NCBI GenBank assembly: GCA_008933615.1
Contig: WBUR01000002.1
Location: forward strand, 28,372-92,371
Source: a bacterium
Lineage (GTDB): Bacteria; CLD3; SB21
Direction of reading: 5' to 3'
Length of the DNA: 64,000 bases
In this document: positions 50,463-61,272 of the stretch, piece by piece
Layout: each line of letters begins with the position of its first letter
Numbering within the stretch: the first letter of the stretch is position 1
Program-made: the position numbers and the translations under genes
The notes under the pieces: model-generated
Seen by the model: only the letters and a program-made list of their open reading frames with translations
Told to the model about the DNA's origin: nothing
The model's database searches: none

Positions 50463-51680
50463 ATGAAACACAGTGACTTGCTCAAAATGCTTTCACAAAA
50501 AACCGATTCGAAGATCGTTCTTTTAGTGCTGGACGGACTTGGCGGTATACGAACGAAAGAACGTCCTAAAACCGAATTAGAATTAGCGAATATACCTAAT
50601 CTGAATGCGCTGGCAAAAGAATCTCTTTGCGGGCGAATTATGCCGGTTTCATACGGCATAACGCCCGGCAGCGGACCGGCGCATTTCTCTTTGTTCGGCT
50701 ATGATCCGACGGATGACCAGATTCAGATAGGGCGCGGCGTTTTGGAGGCGCTTGGGCTGGATATGAAATTACAAGCCGGCGATGTTGCCACGCGATGTAA
50801 TTTTGCAACGATCGATGAAAAAGGGTTACTAACAGACCGGCGCGCCGGACGTATTCCTACAGAAGAATGCGTACGTCTATGCGACTTACTGTCTGCTAAG
50901 ATCAAAAAAGTAGATGACGTAAAAGTGATAATAAAACCGGGTGAACAATACCGTTTTGTCGTAGTTTTCCGTGGAAAAAAACTGGACGGACGCATCAAGG
51001 ATACCGATCCGCAAGTAACGGGTGTAAAAGCGCTAGCGGCGGTTGCTGCAAATACAGCGTCAAAGCGTATGGCGCTTATTGCCAATAAATTTATAGTTAA
51101 AGCGAATCAGGTATTGAAAAGCGAGCTTAAGGCCAACAGCATCCTCATGCGCGGGTTTTCAGTATTGCCGCACGTTCCTTCGATGACAGAACGATTTAAT
51201 ATCACGCCGGTTTGTATAGCCAGTTATCCCCTCTACCGCGGTGTTGCCAGCGTCGTGGGTATGGATGTTTTTCACACGGGAATGGAGATTTCAGATGAAT
51301 TTCAGACGCTGAAAGAAAATTGGAGCAAATACGACTTCTTCTTTATGCACATCAAAAAAACCGATTCATATGGTGAAGACGGGAATCCCGAAGGCAAAAT
51401 GAAGATACTTGAGGAAGTAGATAAACATATTCCGATGTTGAGAGAATTACATCCGGACGTTATTATGGTAACGGGCGATCATTCAACTCCGCCGCCGATG
51501 AAAAGCCACAGTTGGCATCCGGTCCCATTTATGATCTATTCAGCCGTTTGCAGTTTCGATGATACACAGGCCTTTAATGAAGTAGAGTGTTCAAAAGGAC
51601 AGCTGGGCAATTTCCCATCGTATTATATAATGGAACTGGCGCTGGCAAATGCCGGCAAACTAAAAAAATTCGGAGCCTAG
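50463..51680 (+). CDS. Cofactor-independent phosphoglycerate mutase, archaeal-type (ApgM / PF10143-like, alkaline-phosphatase superfamily)
   Basis: …KIVLLVLDGLGG…, …GSGPAHFSLFGYDP… and …VTGDHSTPP… are metalloenzyme-superfamily motifs. Start at MKHSDLL with a GAGG RBS. Confidence 0.7.
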   Translation: MKHSDLLKMLSQKTDSKIVLLVLDGLGGIRTKERPKTELELANIPNLNALAKESLCGRIMPVSYGITPGSGPAHFSLFGYDPTDDQIQIGRGVLEALGLDMKLQAGDVATRCNFATIDEKGLLTDRRAGRIPTEECVRLCDLLSAKIKKVDDVKVIIKPGEQYRFVVVFRGKKLDGRIKDTDPQVTGVKALAAVAANTASKRMALIANKFIVKANQVLKSELKANSILMRGFSVLPHVPSMTERFNITPVCIASYPLYRGVASVVGMDVFHTGMEISDEFQTLKENWSKYDFFFMHIKKTDSYGEDGNPEGKMKILEEVDKHIPMLRELHPDVIMVTGDHSTPPPMKSHSWHPVPFMIYSAVCSFDDTQAFNEVECSKGQLGNFPSYYIMELALANAGKLKKFGA

Positions 51681-51686
51681 AAAAAA

Positions 51687-52187
51687 ATGGAAATTTATTT
51701 ATTACGTCATGGCATCGCCGAAAATATCGGCGGTAAAATTCGATCGGACGGAGTACGTCCATTGACCGAAGAAGGTATTGATCTCATGCGTGATGAGGCT
51801 AAGGGTATGAAACGTCTCGGGCTGCATTTCAACGTGGTCTTGACAAGTCCGCTGGTGCGTTCAAAACAAACTGCGGAGATTGTGGGTGATGTGCTGGATT
51901 GTTCCAACAAAATCCACAATTGCGCAGCTTTGGCAATTCCAATGTCCGTAGCTGATCTGATGCAGTCGTTCAAGTCATTCCAGAATGACTACAAGGTTCT
52001 TTTAGTCGGACATCAACCGGACCTTGGAAAATTAGCCGGTTATTTTATCGGAAACAGTAAGCTGTCGCTTTCCCTAAAGAAGGGAAGCCTTTGTAAGATC
52101 GAAGTGGAACGCCTCAGCCCGACACCGCGCGGTAATTTAAAATGGTACCTCACGCCACGTCAATTGAAAATTATGAGTCAGGCTTAG
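51687..52187 (+). CDS. Histidine-phosphatase superfamily protein (SixA-like phosphohistidine phosphatase)
   Basis: MEIYLLRHGIAE gives the RHG catalytic motif. A later …VGHQPDLG… His is present. Size of about 165 aa is typical of SixA. Confidence 0.75.
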   Translation: MEIYLLRHGIAENIGGKIRSDGVRPLTEEGIDLMRDEAKGMKRLGLHFNVVLTSPLVRSKQTAEIVGDVLDCSNKIHNCAALAIPMSVADLMQSFKSFQNDYKVLLVGHQPDLGKLAGYFIGNSKLSLSLKKGSLCKIEVERLSPTPRGNLKWYLTPRQLKIMSQA

Positions 52188-52211
52188 CGGTTTAATACAA
52201 AGTATGGCGAT

Positions 52212-53774
52212 ATGAGAAAAAAACAAACTGAAAAGAATAAGAATTATCTTGCCGCAATAGATATTGGTACAAATTCGTTTCATCTTGTCATCGTAGAAAT
52301 CCTGGCGGACGGAAATGTCAAAATTCTGGATCGCGCTAAAGAAAACGCACGTCTGGGCAGCGGCGGTAAAGATATGAAAACGATCACACCTGAGGCAATG
52401 GAACGCGGTATAACCGCTTTAAAACATTTTGCTGAAATCGCTCACACGTACCAAGCTCCGATTCGTGCTGTGGCAACTAGCGCCGTGCGCGAAGCGCTGA
52501 ATCAAAATAATTTTCTCAAGAAAGTTCATGCCAGAACCGGTATTACCGTAGAAGTGGTCTCTGGATTTGAAGAAGCGCGCCTCATTTATTTGGGTGTGCT
52601 ACAGGCTTTGCCGGTTTTTGAGAAGAGAGTGTTATGCATTGACATCGGGGGTGGGAGTGTAGAATATCTGATCGGTACTAAGGGCGAAGCGCTGTATGCC
52701 AACAGCCTTAAAATCGGGTGTATCCGCTTAACGGAAAGGTTCTTTTCTAGGTCCATCCTCAAAGATAAGGATATCAAGGCGTGTCGTGAACACATAGTCG
52801 GTTTCATTTCGCCTGTTGCAAGAGAAATTAAAAAGTACCGCTATGAATTTGCCATAGGAAGTTCTGGGACGATACAAAATATCGCAAATATGATCCGGGC
52901 TATGCGTGGCGAAATCATCAGCATGCAGGTTAATAATTTTTCTTTCACAAAAGACGAACTTAATAAGATCGTTAAGACTCTTTTGCGGGCAAGAACGGAT
53001 GGTCAGCGCGCACAAATTCCCGGGCTGGATCCTAAACGTGTGGATATTATTGTTGCAGGCGCGCTTGTATTACAAGAATCATTCAATCTGCTAAAAATTA
53101 AACGTCTCACGGTTTCTGAATTTGCACTTCGCGAAGGGATAATCTATGATTATTTGAAAAACCGTTTGTATGAACTCGATCACCACCACCACCTTTCAAA
53201 TATTCGTTACAAAAGCGTGATGCAATTGGCAAAAACGTTTAATTACGATACGCATCATGCAAATCAAGCCGTAAAATTATCGTTGAGTATTTTTGACCAA
53301 ACCAAGAATTTGCACAAGCTGGGCGAGAGGGAAAGAGAGTTTCTAGAATATGCGGCTTTACTCCATGAGATTGGGTTTTTTATTTCCCATGCGCAGCATC
53401 ACCGCCACACGTATTATTTGATACGTAATTCGGAATTAGCCGGTTTTACGGACACTGAAAAAGAAATCATTGCCAACATCGCGCGTTACCACCGAAAGAG
53501 CCACCCGAAGCCCAAACACGACGGGTACAATTATTTAACGGAAAATGAAAGAGTGATTGTTAAGAAATTGGCGGGGATATTACGTTTGGCTGACGGCCTT
53601 GATCGAAGCCATATTAGCAAAGTTTCGTCTGTTAAGTGCAGGGTGCAACCGCGGAGTTTTATATTAAAGATAAAGTCCTCGTCGAAAATTGATCTCGAAG
53701 AATGGGCTGTGAATATGAAAAAAGGTCTATTCGAAGAAGTGTTTCATAAACCGGTCGTGTTAAAGCGCGCTTAA
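52212..53774 (+). CDS. Ppx/GppA-family exopolyphosphatase / pppGpp phosphohydrolase with a C-terminal HD domain
   Basis: …LAAIDIGTNSFHLVIVE… is the ASKHA fold phosphate-1 motif. …CIDIGGGSVEY…. C-terminal HD-type His/Asp (…LLHEIGFFISHAQHHRHTYYLI…). Confidence 0.85.
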   Translation: MRKKQTEKNKNYLAAIDIGTNSFHLVIVEILADGNVKILDRAKENARLGSGGKDMKTITPEAMERGITALKHFAEIAHTYQAPIRAVATSAVREALNQNNFLKKVHARTGITVEVVSGFEEARLIYLGVLQALPVFEKRVLCIDIGGGSVEYLIGTKGEALYANSLKIGCIRLTERFFSRSILKDKDIKACREHIVGFISPVAREIKKYRYEFAIGSSGTIQNIANMIRAMRGEIISMQVNNFSFTKDELNKIVKTLLRARTDGQRAQIPGLDPKRVDIIVAGALVLQESFNLLKIKRLTVSEFALREGIIYDYLKNRLYELDHHHHLSNIRYKSVMQLAKTFNYDTHHANQAVKLSLSIFDQTKNLHKLGEREREFLEYAALLHEIGFFISHAQHHRHTYYLIRNSELAGFTDTEKEIIANIARYHRKSHPKPKHDGYNYLTENERVIVKKLAGILRLADGLDRSHISKVSSVKCRVQPRSFILKIKSSSKIDLEEWAVNMKKGLFEEVFHKPVVLKRA

Positions 53775-55111
53775 TCCGCATCTTCTATATCCGATTCGAT
53801 TTCAAATGCTCTCCTTTTATCCTGCGCATGCTTTTTTGCTGCAGTGAAACGTGCGTAAAACTCCTGCAAGAATTGATTACCAACCTGTCTGTCATAAATG
53901 ACGAGAAAATTATCGTCATTAGCTTCATTGGCATTTTTACTGAAATTAAATGAGCCTGTAATGACGATAGGGATATCTTCCGTATCCGGATTTTCAGCGT
54001 CAATGAGAATGTACTTATGATGAAGCTGTCGATCTTCATGGGCAAGATAAGCATCGGCTTTTTTAGCCCAAGGTTGACGTGAAATCGAATCTAAGGTCAT
54101 TGCGCTATAGAGGCCATACGAACTTCTGCCGGTTTTGTCAAATACCGCTTTCAGGTCCAGGTTTTTTAATTCAAATTTTTCACGGATCGCCTCATCAATC
54201 TCTACGCCGGTACTGAAAGAGAATGCGCATATCTTTATGTCATGGTCTGCCTCTTTGGAAATTAGGTCTGCCACTATTTCCAGCAAATTAGGCCTAATCT
54301 TATCTTTGCTCATCGGAGCAAAATAAGCTTCGACTCTGCTATTGTTACCAACCAAGGTTTTTGCATTCGACGATTTTTTTTTGTATTGGTGAAACGCAGC
54401 TTTTAAAGTATCCGGGTTTTCATCAGAACAGCCCCACATGGTTTCAAATTCTTCTGTAAACGAACGTGCCAGAGTTCGACTTTGAACTTCTATCACGTTC
54501 TGCATGCTGACCATGCCCGTGATTGTAAAATTATAGGATCCGGTGATAACTATATCATCCGTTGAATCCGCTGAAAGATAATCTGCTACCAAAAATTTGT
54601 TATGCATAAAGGCGCTTCGTCCTTTGAAAAAATTCTTTTTGGACTTTATAGCCGGCCAGCCGGCATCGCTCAGCATTGGGATTTTATATTTATTCTGAAG
54701 AAGACTGCGGGCAACTTTCCAAAGATCTTTGTTATTATTCGGTGCGCTTTCATCATCAAATATTATGCGAACTCTCACTCCTCTGACTTTCGCCTTACAG
54801 AGAGCCACTACAATATTTAAACTGTTTAATTCAAAAGCGGCTAGATCAATACTTTTTTTTGCGTTATTAACTGCGTCCATAACGCGTTGCTCAAGGTTTT
54901 CATTACCATTTGCAATATTTCCGGAACTTGCGTAAATGCTGTCGATTGTTCCGTTAAAATAAATATATCCTTTTCCACCAAAGACCGGGGTTGGGCTTAG
55001 ATTATATCGCACTTGGGCGGCGAGATTTGCATAGGCAAGAATTCCAAGCACATGCAACACAATGAGAGCGTTTGAAATCGTGAAGTGCAAAATAGGTTTC
55101 TGGTGAGTCAA
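53771..55111 (-). CDS. Secreted/membrane-anchored phospholipase-D-family protein with two HKD motifs
   Basis: N-terminal signal anchor. Two HxKxxxxD motifs: SAFMHNKFLVAD and QLHHKYILIDAE. Acidic C-terminal tail. Its 3' end overlaps the ppx stop by 4 nt (convergent). Confidence 0.75.
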   Translation of the reverse strand: MTHQKPILHFTISNALIVLHVLGILAYANLAAQVRYNLSPTPVFGGKGYIYFNGTIDSIYASSGNIANGNENLEQRVMDAVNNAKKSIDLAAFELNSLNIVVALCKAKVRGVRVRIIFDDESAPNNNKDLWKVARSLLQNKYKIPMLSDAGWPAIKSKKNFFKGRSAFMHNKFLVADYLSADSTDDIVITGSYNFTITGMVSMQNVIEVQSRTLARSFTEEFETMWGCSDENPDTLKAAFHQYKKKSSNAKTLVGNNSRVEAYFAPMSKDKIRPNLLEIVADLISKEADHDIKICAFSFSTGVEIDEAIREKFELKNLDLKAVFDKTGRSSYGLYSAMTLDSISRQPWAKKADAYLAHEDRQLHHKYILIDAENPDTEDIPIVITGSFNFSKNANEANDDNFLVIYDRQVGNQFLQEFYARFTAAKKHAQDKRRAFEIESDIEDAD

Positions 55112-55548
55112 TAATTATATTATAAACAAATTTATGTGCTTATCGGATTCTCACCCACTTAGCGAATTACTTGTCAGCCTAGCATGTCGAAGGTTGATTT
55201 TATTGATCAACAGGCTTGTCCCGAGCCCTGCCGAAGGGCTCAGCTGACTTTGTGAGCCGACCCGATGAGCAGGTAAATTTAACATAGTTTCAATCGTTTT
55301 CAAAGTAATTTTTCAAATGATGTCTTGAACAACTTACGCCAATTTGACATAAAAAATAATTAACTGCCACAAATTCATGATTTAGTGACAAAAAGCCAAA
55401 GCAATCCGCCATAAATGCTTAAAAATACATGAATTTACATGGTATAAGGTTTGCAATGATAAGGAAATGTCATTGTTTGAGCTATTGAGTTAATTTTACA
55501 TAAAGTTAGAAATAAATTAAATAAAATCCATAACAAGGAGACAGAATC

Positions 55549-57459
55549 ATGACCAAAGGAAAAGTCATAGGAATCGATCTTGGAACAACAAACTCATGCG
55601 TTGCAATAATGGAAGGCGGGCAGCCTGTCGTCATTGCAAATGCTGAGGGCGGACGAACCACGCCGTCGGTTGTCGCATTCACTAAAGTTGGCGAAAGAAT
55701 TATTGGCGGCCCGGCTAAACGGCAGGCCATTACAAATCCGAAAAATACAATTTTTTCAATCAAGCGATTTATGGGCCGGCGCCATGATGAAGTAGTCGAA
55801 GAGCGTCAAAAAGTGCCCTACGAGGTTATCAGCGGCGACGGGAATTCGGCGCGCGTCAAGATTAACGATCAGGTTTTTTCGCCTCCTGAAATTTCCGCAA
55901 TGGTATTGCAGAAAATGAAACAAACGGCTGAGGATTATTTAGGACAAGCCGTGACGGATGCCGTTGTTACGGTTCCTGCCTATTTCAACGATGCGCAGCG
56001 GCAGGCAACAAAGGACGCAGGTAAAATAGCGGGCCTCAATGTGCTGCGGATTTTAAACGAACCGACGGCCGCCGCATTGGCATATGGCCTTGACAAGAAA
56101 TCAAATGAAAAGATAGCCGTATACGATTTAGGAGGCGGTACATTTGATATTTCAATTTTGGAAATCGGTGACGGCGTGTTTGAAGTGCTGTCGACGAACG
56201 GCGATACGCATTTGGGCGGCGACGATTTTGACGAACGCGTAGTGAACTGGCTCGCTGATGAATTCAAAAAGAATGAAGGGATTGATCTAAGAAAAGACCC
56301 CATGGCGCTGCAACGGTTAAAAGATGCAGCTGAAAAAGCGAAGATTGAAATCTCCAGCTCTATGCAGACACAGATCAATTTGCCGTATGTTACCGCAGTG
56401 GATTCAGTGCCTAAACACTTGGACATTGTCTTAACGCGCGCAAAATTTGAGCAAATCTGCGAAGATCTGATACAGCGTACGGTTCGTCCTGTCGAGCAGG
56501 CCATGAAAGACGCGGGATTGCAGTATTCGCAAATTGATGAAGTAATTCTCGTGGGCGGTTCGACGCGTATTCCCAAGATTCAACAGCTTGTTCAGGATCT
56601 CTTCAAAAAGGAACCGCATAAAGGTGTTAACCCGGACGAGGTTGTCGCGGTCGGAGCAGCTATTCAAGGCGCAGTTTTAGCCGGCGAAGTTAAGGACGTA
56701 TTGTTACTCGATGTGACGCCGTTGTCGCTCGGAATCGAAACGCTCGGCGGAGTATTCACAACGATGATTCCGCGCAATACCACGATTCCAACGAAGAAAA
56801 GCGAGATATTTTCCACTGCGGCTGACAGCCAAACTGCAGTGACTATTCGCGTAGGACAGGGTGAACGTCAGCTATTTACGGATAACAGAGAGATTGGTCG
56901 TTTCGAATTAGTAGGAATCCCCCCTGCGCCGCGCGGAGTGCCTCAGATCGAAGTGACGTTTGATATTGACGCGAACGGTATTCTCCATGTTCTCGCGAAA
57001 GACAAAGCGACCAACAAAGAACAGAGTATTCGAATAGAATCTTCGTCGGGATTGAATTCTGAAGAAATCGAGCGAATGGTGAACCAGGCAAAAGAACACG
57101 CCGACGAAGATAAGCGGAGCCGGGATCGAATCGATGCAAAAAATCATGGTGAAAGCCTTGCATATCAAACGGAAAAAAACATAAAAGAATTTGGCGATAA
57201 GATCGATGCCGATTCTAAAACCAGGCTTGAAAACGAATTGCAGAAATTGCGTGACGCGATCGCTTCCAATAACGTAGATGACATCAAATCTGCATCCGGA
57301 TCATTGGAAAGCGTATGGAATGAAATTTCTACAAAAATGTATCAGGCGGGAGCAGGCGCTCAAACGGCACAACCGGGGCAAGAGGCCGCGGGCAGCGATC
57401 AAGGCAAGAAAGTGGAAGAAGCCGATTATGAAGTAGTTGACGATAAAGAAAAGAAGTAA
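55549..57459 (+). CDS. dnaK: Molecular chaperone DnaK (Hsp70)
   Basis: Canonical [21 protein letters not shown] and [11 protein letters not shown] motifs. Acidic C-terminus ending DDKEKK. Confidence 0.95.
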   Translation: MTKGKVIGIDLGTTNSCVAIMEGGQPVVIANAEGGRTTPSVVAFTKVGERIIGGPAKRQAITNPKNTIFSIKRFMGRRHDEVVEERQKVPYEVISGDGNSARVKINDQVFSPPEISAMVLQKMKQTAEDYLGQAVTDAVVTVPAYFNDAQRQATKDAGKIAGLNVLRILNEPTAAALAYGLDKKSNEKIAVYDLGGGTFDISILEIGDGVFEVLSTNGDTHLGGDDFDERVVNWLADEFKKNEGIDLRKDPMALQRLKDAAEKAKIEISSSMQTQINLPYVTAVDSVPKHLDIVLTRAKFEQICEDLIQRTVRPVEQAMKDAGLQYSQIDEVILVGGSTRIPKIQQLVQDLFKKEPHKGVNPDEVVAVGAAIQGAVLAGEVKDVLLLDVTPLSLGIETLGGVFTTMIPRNTTIPTKKSEIFSTAADSQTAVTIRVGQGERQLFTDNREIGRFELVGIPPAPRGVPQIEVTFDIDANGILHVLAKDKATNKEQSIRIESSSGLNSEEIERMVNQAKEHADEDKRSRDRIDAKNHGESLAYQTEKNIKEFGDKIDADSKTRLENELQKLRDAIASNNVDDIKSASGSLESVWNEISTKMYQAGAGAQTAQPGQEAAGSDQGKKVEEADYEVVDDKEKK

Positions 57460-57477
57460 ATACGAAAGAACAATAGT

Positions 57478-57723
57478 ATGCCGACCTATGATTTCAAATG
57501 TCCGGAAGGGCATGTATTCGAAGAGTTCCAACGTATCAACGATGAACCGTCAACGCCATGTCCGACTTGCGGAAAGGCGTCATCGCGAATGATCGGAGCA
57601 GGATCTGGCCTTATGTTCAAAGGTTCAGGCTTTTATATAACTGATTATAAGAAAACCGGTGCCTCGAATGGCTCCAATGGTGAAAAAAAAGAAAAGAAGA
57701 CTGATTCCGGGAAGAAGGATTAG
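57478..57723 (+). CDS. FmdB-family zinc-ribbon protein
   Basis: MPTYDFKCPEGHVFEEF…CPTCG… is the CxxxH…CxxC zinc-ribbon pattern typical of the FmdB family. Confidence 0.7.
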   Translation: MPTYDFKCPEGHVFEEFQRINDEPSTPCPTCGKASSRMIGAGSGLMFKGSGFYITDYKKTGASNGSNGEKKEKKTDSGKKD

Positions 57724-57762
57724 GCCCAAATTATCTGAAAAAAAAAGAGGAAGGTTTCAAGT

Positions 57763-58644
57763 ATGTTTTTCATGAACACATTTAAGACCATGTTTTTGCT
57801 TACAATGCTGACATTACTTTTCGTGTTTATAGGAAATATGATTGGCGGTCAGTCAGGTGCCATTATCGCTTTGGTCTTGGCCGGTATTATGAATTTTGTG
57901 AGCTATTGGTTTAGCGATAAAATCGTACTGAAAATGTATGGCGCGAAGGAAATCCAATATAGCGATAACACTAAATTTTATAATCTGGTTCAGCGGTTAG
58001 CAACTAATGCGAGTCTGCCGATGCCACGGCTTTACATTATTCCGACAGATTCGCCAAACGCATTTGCTACCGGACGTGATCCGGAGCATGCCGCAGTAGC
58101 AGCTACAGAAGGTATTCTATCAAGGCTGAGCGAGGACGAACTTGAAGGAGTGATGGCGCACGAACTTGCGCATGTTAAGAACCGCGATATACTGATTAGC
58201 TCAATTGTAGCTACATTCGCGGGTGCGATAGGTTATATCGCGAGTATGGCGCAGTGGGCTGCGATTTTTGGCGGATTCAACAAAAGTTCTGATGATGATG
58301 ATAGCGGCGGCAGTAACATTTTTTCATTTCTTATCATGGCAATTCTTGCTCCCATTGTCGCAACCATCATTCAGTTAGCCATATCACGGTCGCGTGAGTT
58401 TTTGGCGGATAGAACGGGTGCAGAAATCTCTCGCAGGCCTATGCAGCTGGCAAACGCTTTGATTAAATTGGAAAAAGGAAATTTGCAGCTGCCATTACAC
58501 GCAAGTAATGCGACCGCTCATATGTTCATCATTAGCCCTTTGACAGGAGGCGGCCTTACCGGTTTGTTCAGGACGCATCCGACGACGAAAGAACGGGTTG
58601 AAAAGCTCAAGCAATATGCACAGGAAACGGGATTATCATTTTAA
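57763..58644 (+). CDS. htpX: Zinc metalloprotease HtpX (peptidase M48)
   Basis: [10 protein letters not shown] gives the HExxH motif. Four TM helices. Matches the E. coli HtpX pattern. Confidence 0.85.
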   Translation: MFFMNTFKTMFLLTMLTLLFVFIGNMIGGQSGAIIALVLAGIMNFVSYWFSDKIVLKMYGAKEIQYSDNTKFYNLVQRLATNASLPMPRLYIIPTDSPNAFATGRDPEHAAVAATEGILSRLSEDELEGVMAHELAHVKNRDILISSIVATFAGAIGYIASMAQWAAIFGGFNKSSDDDDSGGSNIFSFLIMAILAPIVATIIQLAISRSREFLADRTGAEISRRPMQLANALIKLEKGNLQLPLHASNATAHMFIISPLTGGGLTGLFRTHPTTKERVEKLKQYAQETGLSF

Positions 58645-58655
58645 GAAAGATTTCC

Positions 58656-59528
58656 TTGAAAGATTATTACAAAATATTGGGCATTTCGGAATCAGCATCG
58701 GAGGATGAGATCAAAACGGCGTACAAAACGCTGGCGAAAAAATTTCATCCGGACCGTAACCACGGAAATAAACAGTCGGAGGAAAGATTCAAGGAAATGT
58801 CCGAAGCCTATAATACCCTGAGCGATGCAAAAAAAAAGAAAGAATATGATACACTGCGCCGATTCGGCGGCGGGAGAAGCGGAACGAGTTATCAGAATTC
58901 TGATGATTTCTCATCCTCTGACTTGAATGATTTTATGAGAAATTTTAAATCGGGTGGGAAATCATACGGATTTGGCGGGCGTGAATCGTTTGCAGATATA
59001 CTGGATGATATGTTCTTTGGCAACACCACAAAAAAGCAGGAAATCAATGTTGAATTATCCGTTCCGTTTCAGAAATCGATAAATGGTGGAGATGTGGAGT
59101 TTGCTATAAACAATGGTATTCCGCACACCATACGGGTAAAACTGCCAGAAGGAATTAACGACGGTGAGCAATTGCGTATTCATCAAAACAATTCCCCTGA
59201 CATACTTTTAACTATACGCGTTCAGCCCGATCCGTTTTTTTCAAGAAAGGGTAATGATGTTTATTGCGAAATTCCGGTTAATTTCGCTCAGATGTCGCTT
59301 GGGAGTACTGTTAAAGTTAAGACAGTTTATGGGAGCCATGTGGAAGTCAAAATTCCGGTTGGAACACAAAACGGAACGATGTTGAAACTTTCACATTTAG
59401 GAGTTCGCCATAGCGGGAAAAAAGGGGATATGTATGTTACTATGGCGCTTTCAGTTCCAAAAAATTTAACAAGAAAACAGAAAGAGCTATTGGAAGCCTT
59501 TGCCAATGAATCCGGAATGAAATGGTAA
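58656..59528 (+). CDS. DnaJ-class co-chaperone lacking the Zn-finger (CbpA-like)
   Basis: J-domain MKDYYKILGIS…KFHPDRN with HPD. Gly/Phe region, then the DnaJ C-terminal beta domain. No CxxCxGxG repeats. Confidence 0.8.
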   Translation: MKDYYKILGISESASEDEIKTAYKTLAKKFHPDRNHGNKQSEERFKEMSEAYNTLSDAKKKKEYDTLRRFGGGRSGTSYQNSDDFSSSDLNDFMRNFKSGGKSYGFGGRESFADILDDMFFGNTTKKQEINVELSVPFQKSINGGDVEFAINNGIPHTIRVKLPEGINDGEQLRIHQNNSPDILLTIRVQPDPFFSRKGNDVYCEIPVNFAQMSLGSTVKVKTVYGSHVEVKIPVGTQNGTMLKLSHLGVRHSGKKGDMYVTMALSVPKNLTRKQKELLEAFANESGMKW

Positions 59529-59668
59529 TTCAGCAGAGTTAAATTTCAATATTATTAAGGTTAGACTAATATTATTAATAAATTATTACGTATTTTGGAT
59601 AAAACTTTCAGCATTTTATACCGTAAAAAAAATAAAGTTTTCTTTATAACAAATTTTGGAGGAATGTA

Positions 59669-61168
59669 ATGCATACTGCGAGATCGTCGAGACTAATCAT
59701 AGGGTTAGTACTGGTTATTATTGGAATAGTCGCCGGTATCCTTCTGACGGCAAATTTAGATATGACTTTTAAAGGACGAGCTGGATCGGATACGGAAGTC
59801 AGGCTTCAATTGGAAGAGAAAATGGCGGCCATGAAAGATTGGAGTGAAGGGTTTTCAGTGGTTGCTGAATATGTCACACCAAGCGTGGTTACAGTTGAAA
59901 CTGAGACTACCGTAAAATATAGCGATCCATTCAACGATTTTATGGGTGGGGACGATATGTTCAGGAGATTCTTCGGGAATCCAAGAAGCCAGCCAAAACA
60001 AGAGCAAAAAGTTGCGGGTCTTGGGTCAGGCGTTATTGTGAGCACCGATGGATATATAATTACGAATAATCACGTAATTGACAGAACCGACAAGATAAAA
60101 ATCACGCTATCAAACGGGAAAACATATGACGGAAAGTTGATTGGAACTGATCCAAGAACAGATCTTGCCGTTGTAAAAATTGATGAAAAAGGATTACCGG
60201 CAATCAAAGTTGCCAATTCGGATAATATAAAAGTCGGCCAATGGGCGTTAGCGGTTGGAAATCCTTTCAGCAAATCTCTTAGCCATACTGTAACCGCCGG
60301 CATTATCAGCGGCATGTCGCGTTCCTCCGTTGGCCTTGATACCGATGTCGATTTTTTACAAACGGATGCGGCCATTAATCCGGGTAACAGCGGCGGTGCA
60401 TTGGTTAATTTGAGCGGAGAACTGGTTGGCATAAATGCCGCGATCATGTCAAGAAGCGGCGGTTATGAAGGAATCGGTTTTGCAATACCGTCTAACACCG
60501 CAAAATCGATTATGGATCAATTAATCAAGTCAGGAAAAGTTGTTCGCGGCTTTGTCGGCGTGAGCATGCAGGACGTGGATGAACAAATGGCGAAAGCCCT
60601 TGGGTTAAAGTCGGCAAAAGGCGCTGTCATTGCTCAAATCGTGGAAGGCAGTCCGGCTGACAAAGCACAGTTGAAACAAGGCGATGTAATTGTGAAGGTG
60701 GACGGTAAAGAAGTTGCCAATAGCGTCGAGATTAGAAAACAAATAATTCCAAAGCAGCCTGGAACCGATGTTGATCTTACTTTAATACGCGACGGCAAAG
60801 AAATAACCATAAAAGTTACATTAGCGGAAGCCCCAGGCGAGCCTATGGCTGTAAAAGAAGAAGCGCCTGCCAAAAAGAGCTTTGAACGATTGGGGATCAA
60901 TGTTACCACGATGAATAAAGATCTGGCAACTAAGTTCGGCGTCTCAAATATTCCGGGTGTTATAATTACGGACATTGAACAGGACGGATCTGCATTTGGC
61001 GCAGGGCTTAGACAAGGCGATATCATTCAGCGTGTGGGCCGGAAGGACGTTAAGAATGTGAAAGAATTTATCGATGAAGTAGATAAGGTGACCAAAGGAG
61101 AAACGGTACTGCTGCTGGTAAACCGCAAAGGGAGTTCATTATTTGTCGCGTTTAACATGCCAAACTAA
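59669..61168 (+). CDS. HtrA/DegP-family periplasmic serine endoprotease with two PDZ domains
   Basis: N-terminal TM. Trypsin-fold catalytic residues (…TNNHVI…, …DLAVVKI…, GNSGGAL). Two PDZ segments (…GFVGVSMQDV…, …LGINVTTMN…). Confidence 0.9.
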   Translation: MHTARSSRLIIGLVLVIIGIVAGILLTANLDMTFKGRAGSDTEVRLQLEEKMAAMKDWSEGFSVVAEYVTPSVVTVETETTVKYSDPFNDFMGGDDMFRRFFGNPRSQPKQEQKVAGLGSGVIVSTDGYIITNNHVIDRTDKIKITLSNGKTYDGKLIGTDPRTDLAVVKIDEKGLPAIKVANSDNIKVGQWALAVGNPFSKSLSHTVTAGIISGMSRSSVGLDTDVDFLQTDAAINPGNSGGALVNLSGELVGINAAIMSRSGGYEGIGFAIPSNTAKSIMDQLIKSGKVVRGFVGVSMQDVDEQMAKALGLKSAKGAVIAQIVEGSPADKAQLKQGDVIVKVDGKEVANSVEIRKQIIPKQPGTDVDLTLIRDGKEITIKVTLAEAPGEPMAVKEEAPAKKSFERLGINVTTMNKDLATKFGVSNIPGVIITDIEQDGSAFGAGLRQGDIIQRVGRKDVKNVKEFIDEVDKVTKGETVLLLVNRKGSSLFVAFNMPN

Positions 61169-61195
61169 ACGAGACAATGTGATTTCTTGTGCATC

Positions 61196-61235
61196 AGCAT
61201 CAGGAATCTTTACGGTCCCTGATGCTTTTTTATTA
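61196..61235 (+). terminator. Rho-independent terminator after htrA
   Basis: AGCATCAGG-(13-nt loop)-CCTGATGCT forms a perfect 9-bp stem. Followed by TTTTTTATTATTT. Confidence 0.75.
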
Positions 61236-61272
61236 TTTATTATTATATGATTTCATTATCAAGGATTAGAAG

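Noticed and set aside
55112-55548. Search for a CIRCE/HrcA operator upstream of dnaK
   Set aside because: No TTAGCACTC-N9-GAGTGCTAA-like inverted repeat is present. The only structured element is the GC-rich segment reported as a finding.
55980-56576. 198-aa minus-strand ORF
   Set aside because: Antisense to dnaK; no independent support.
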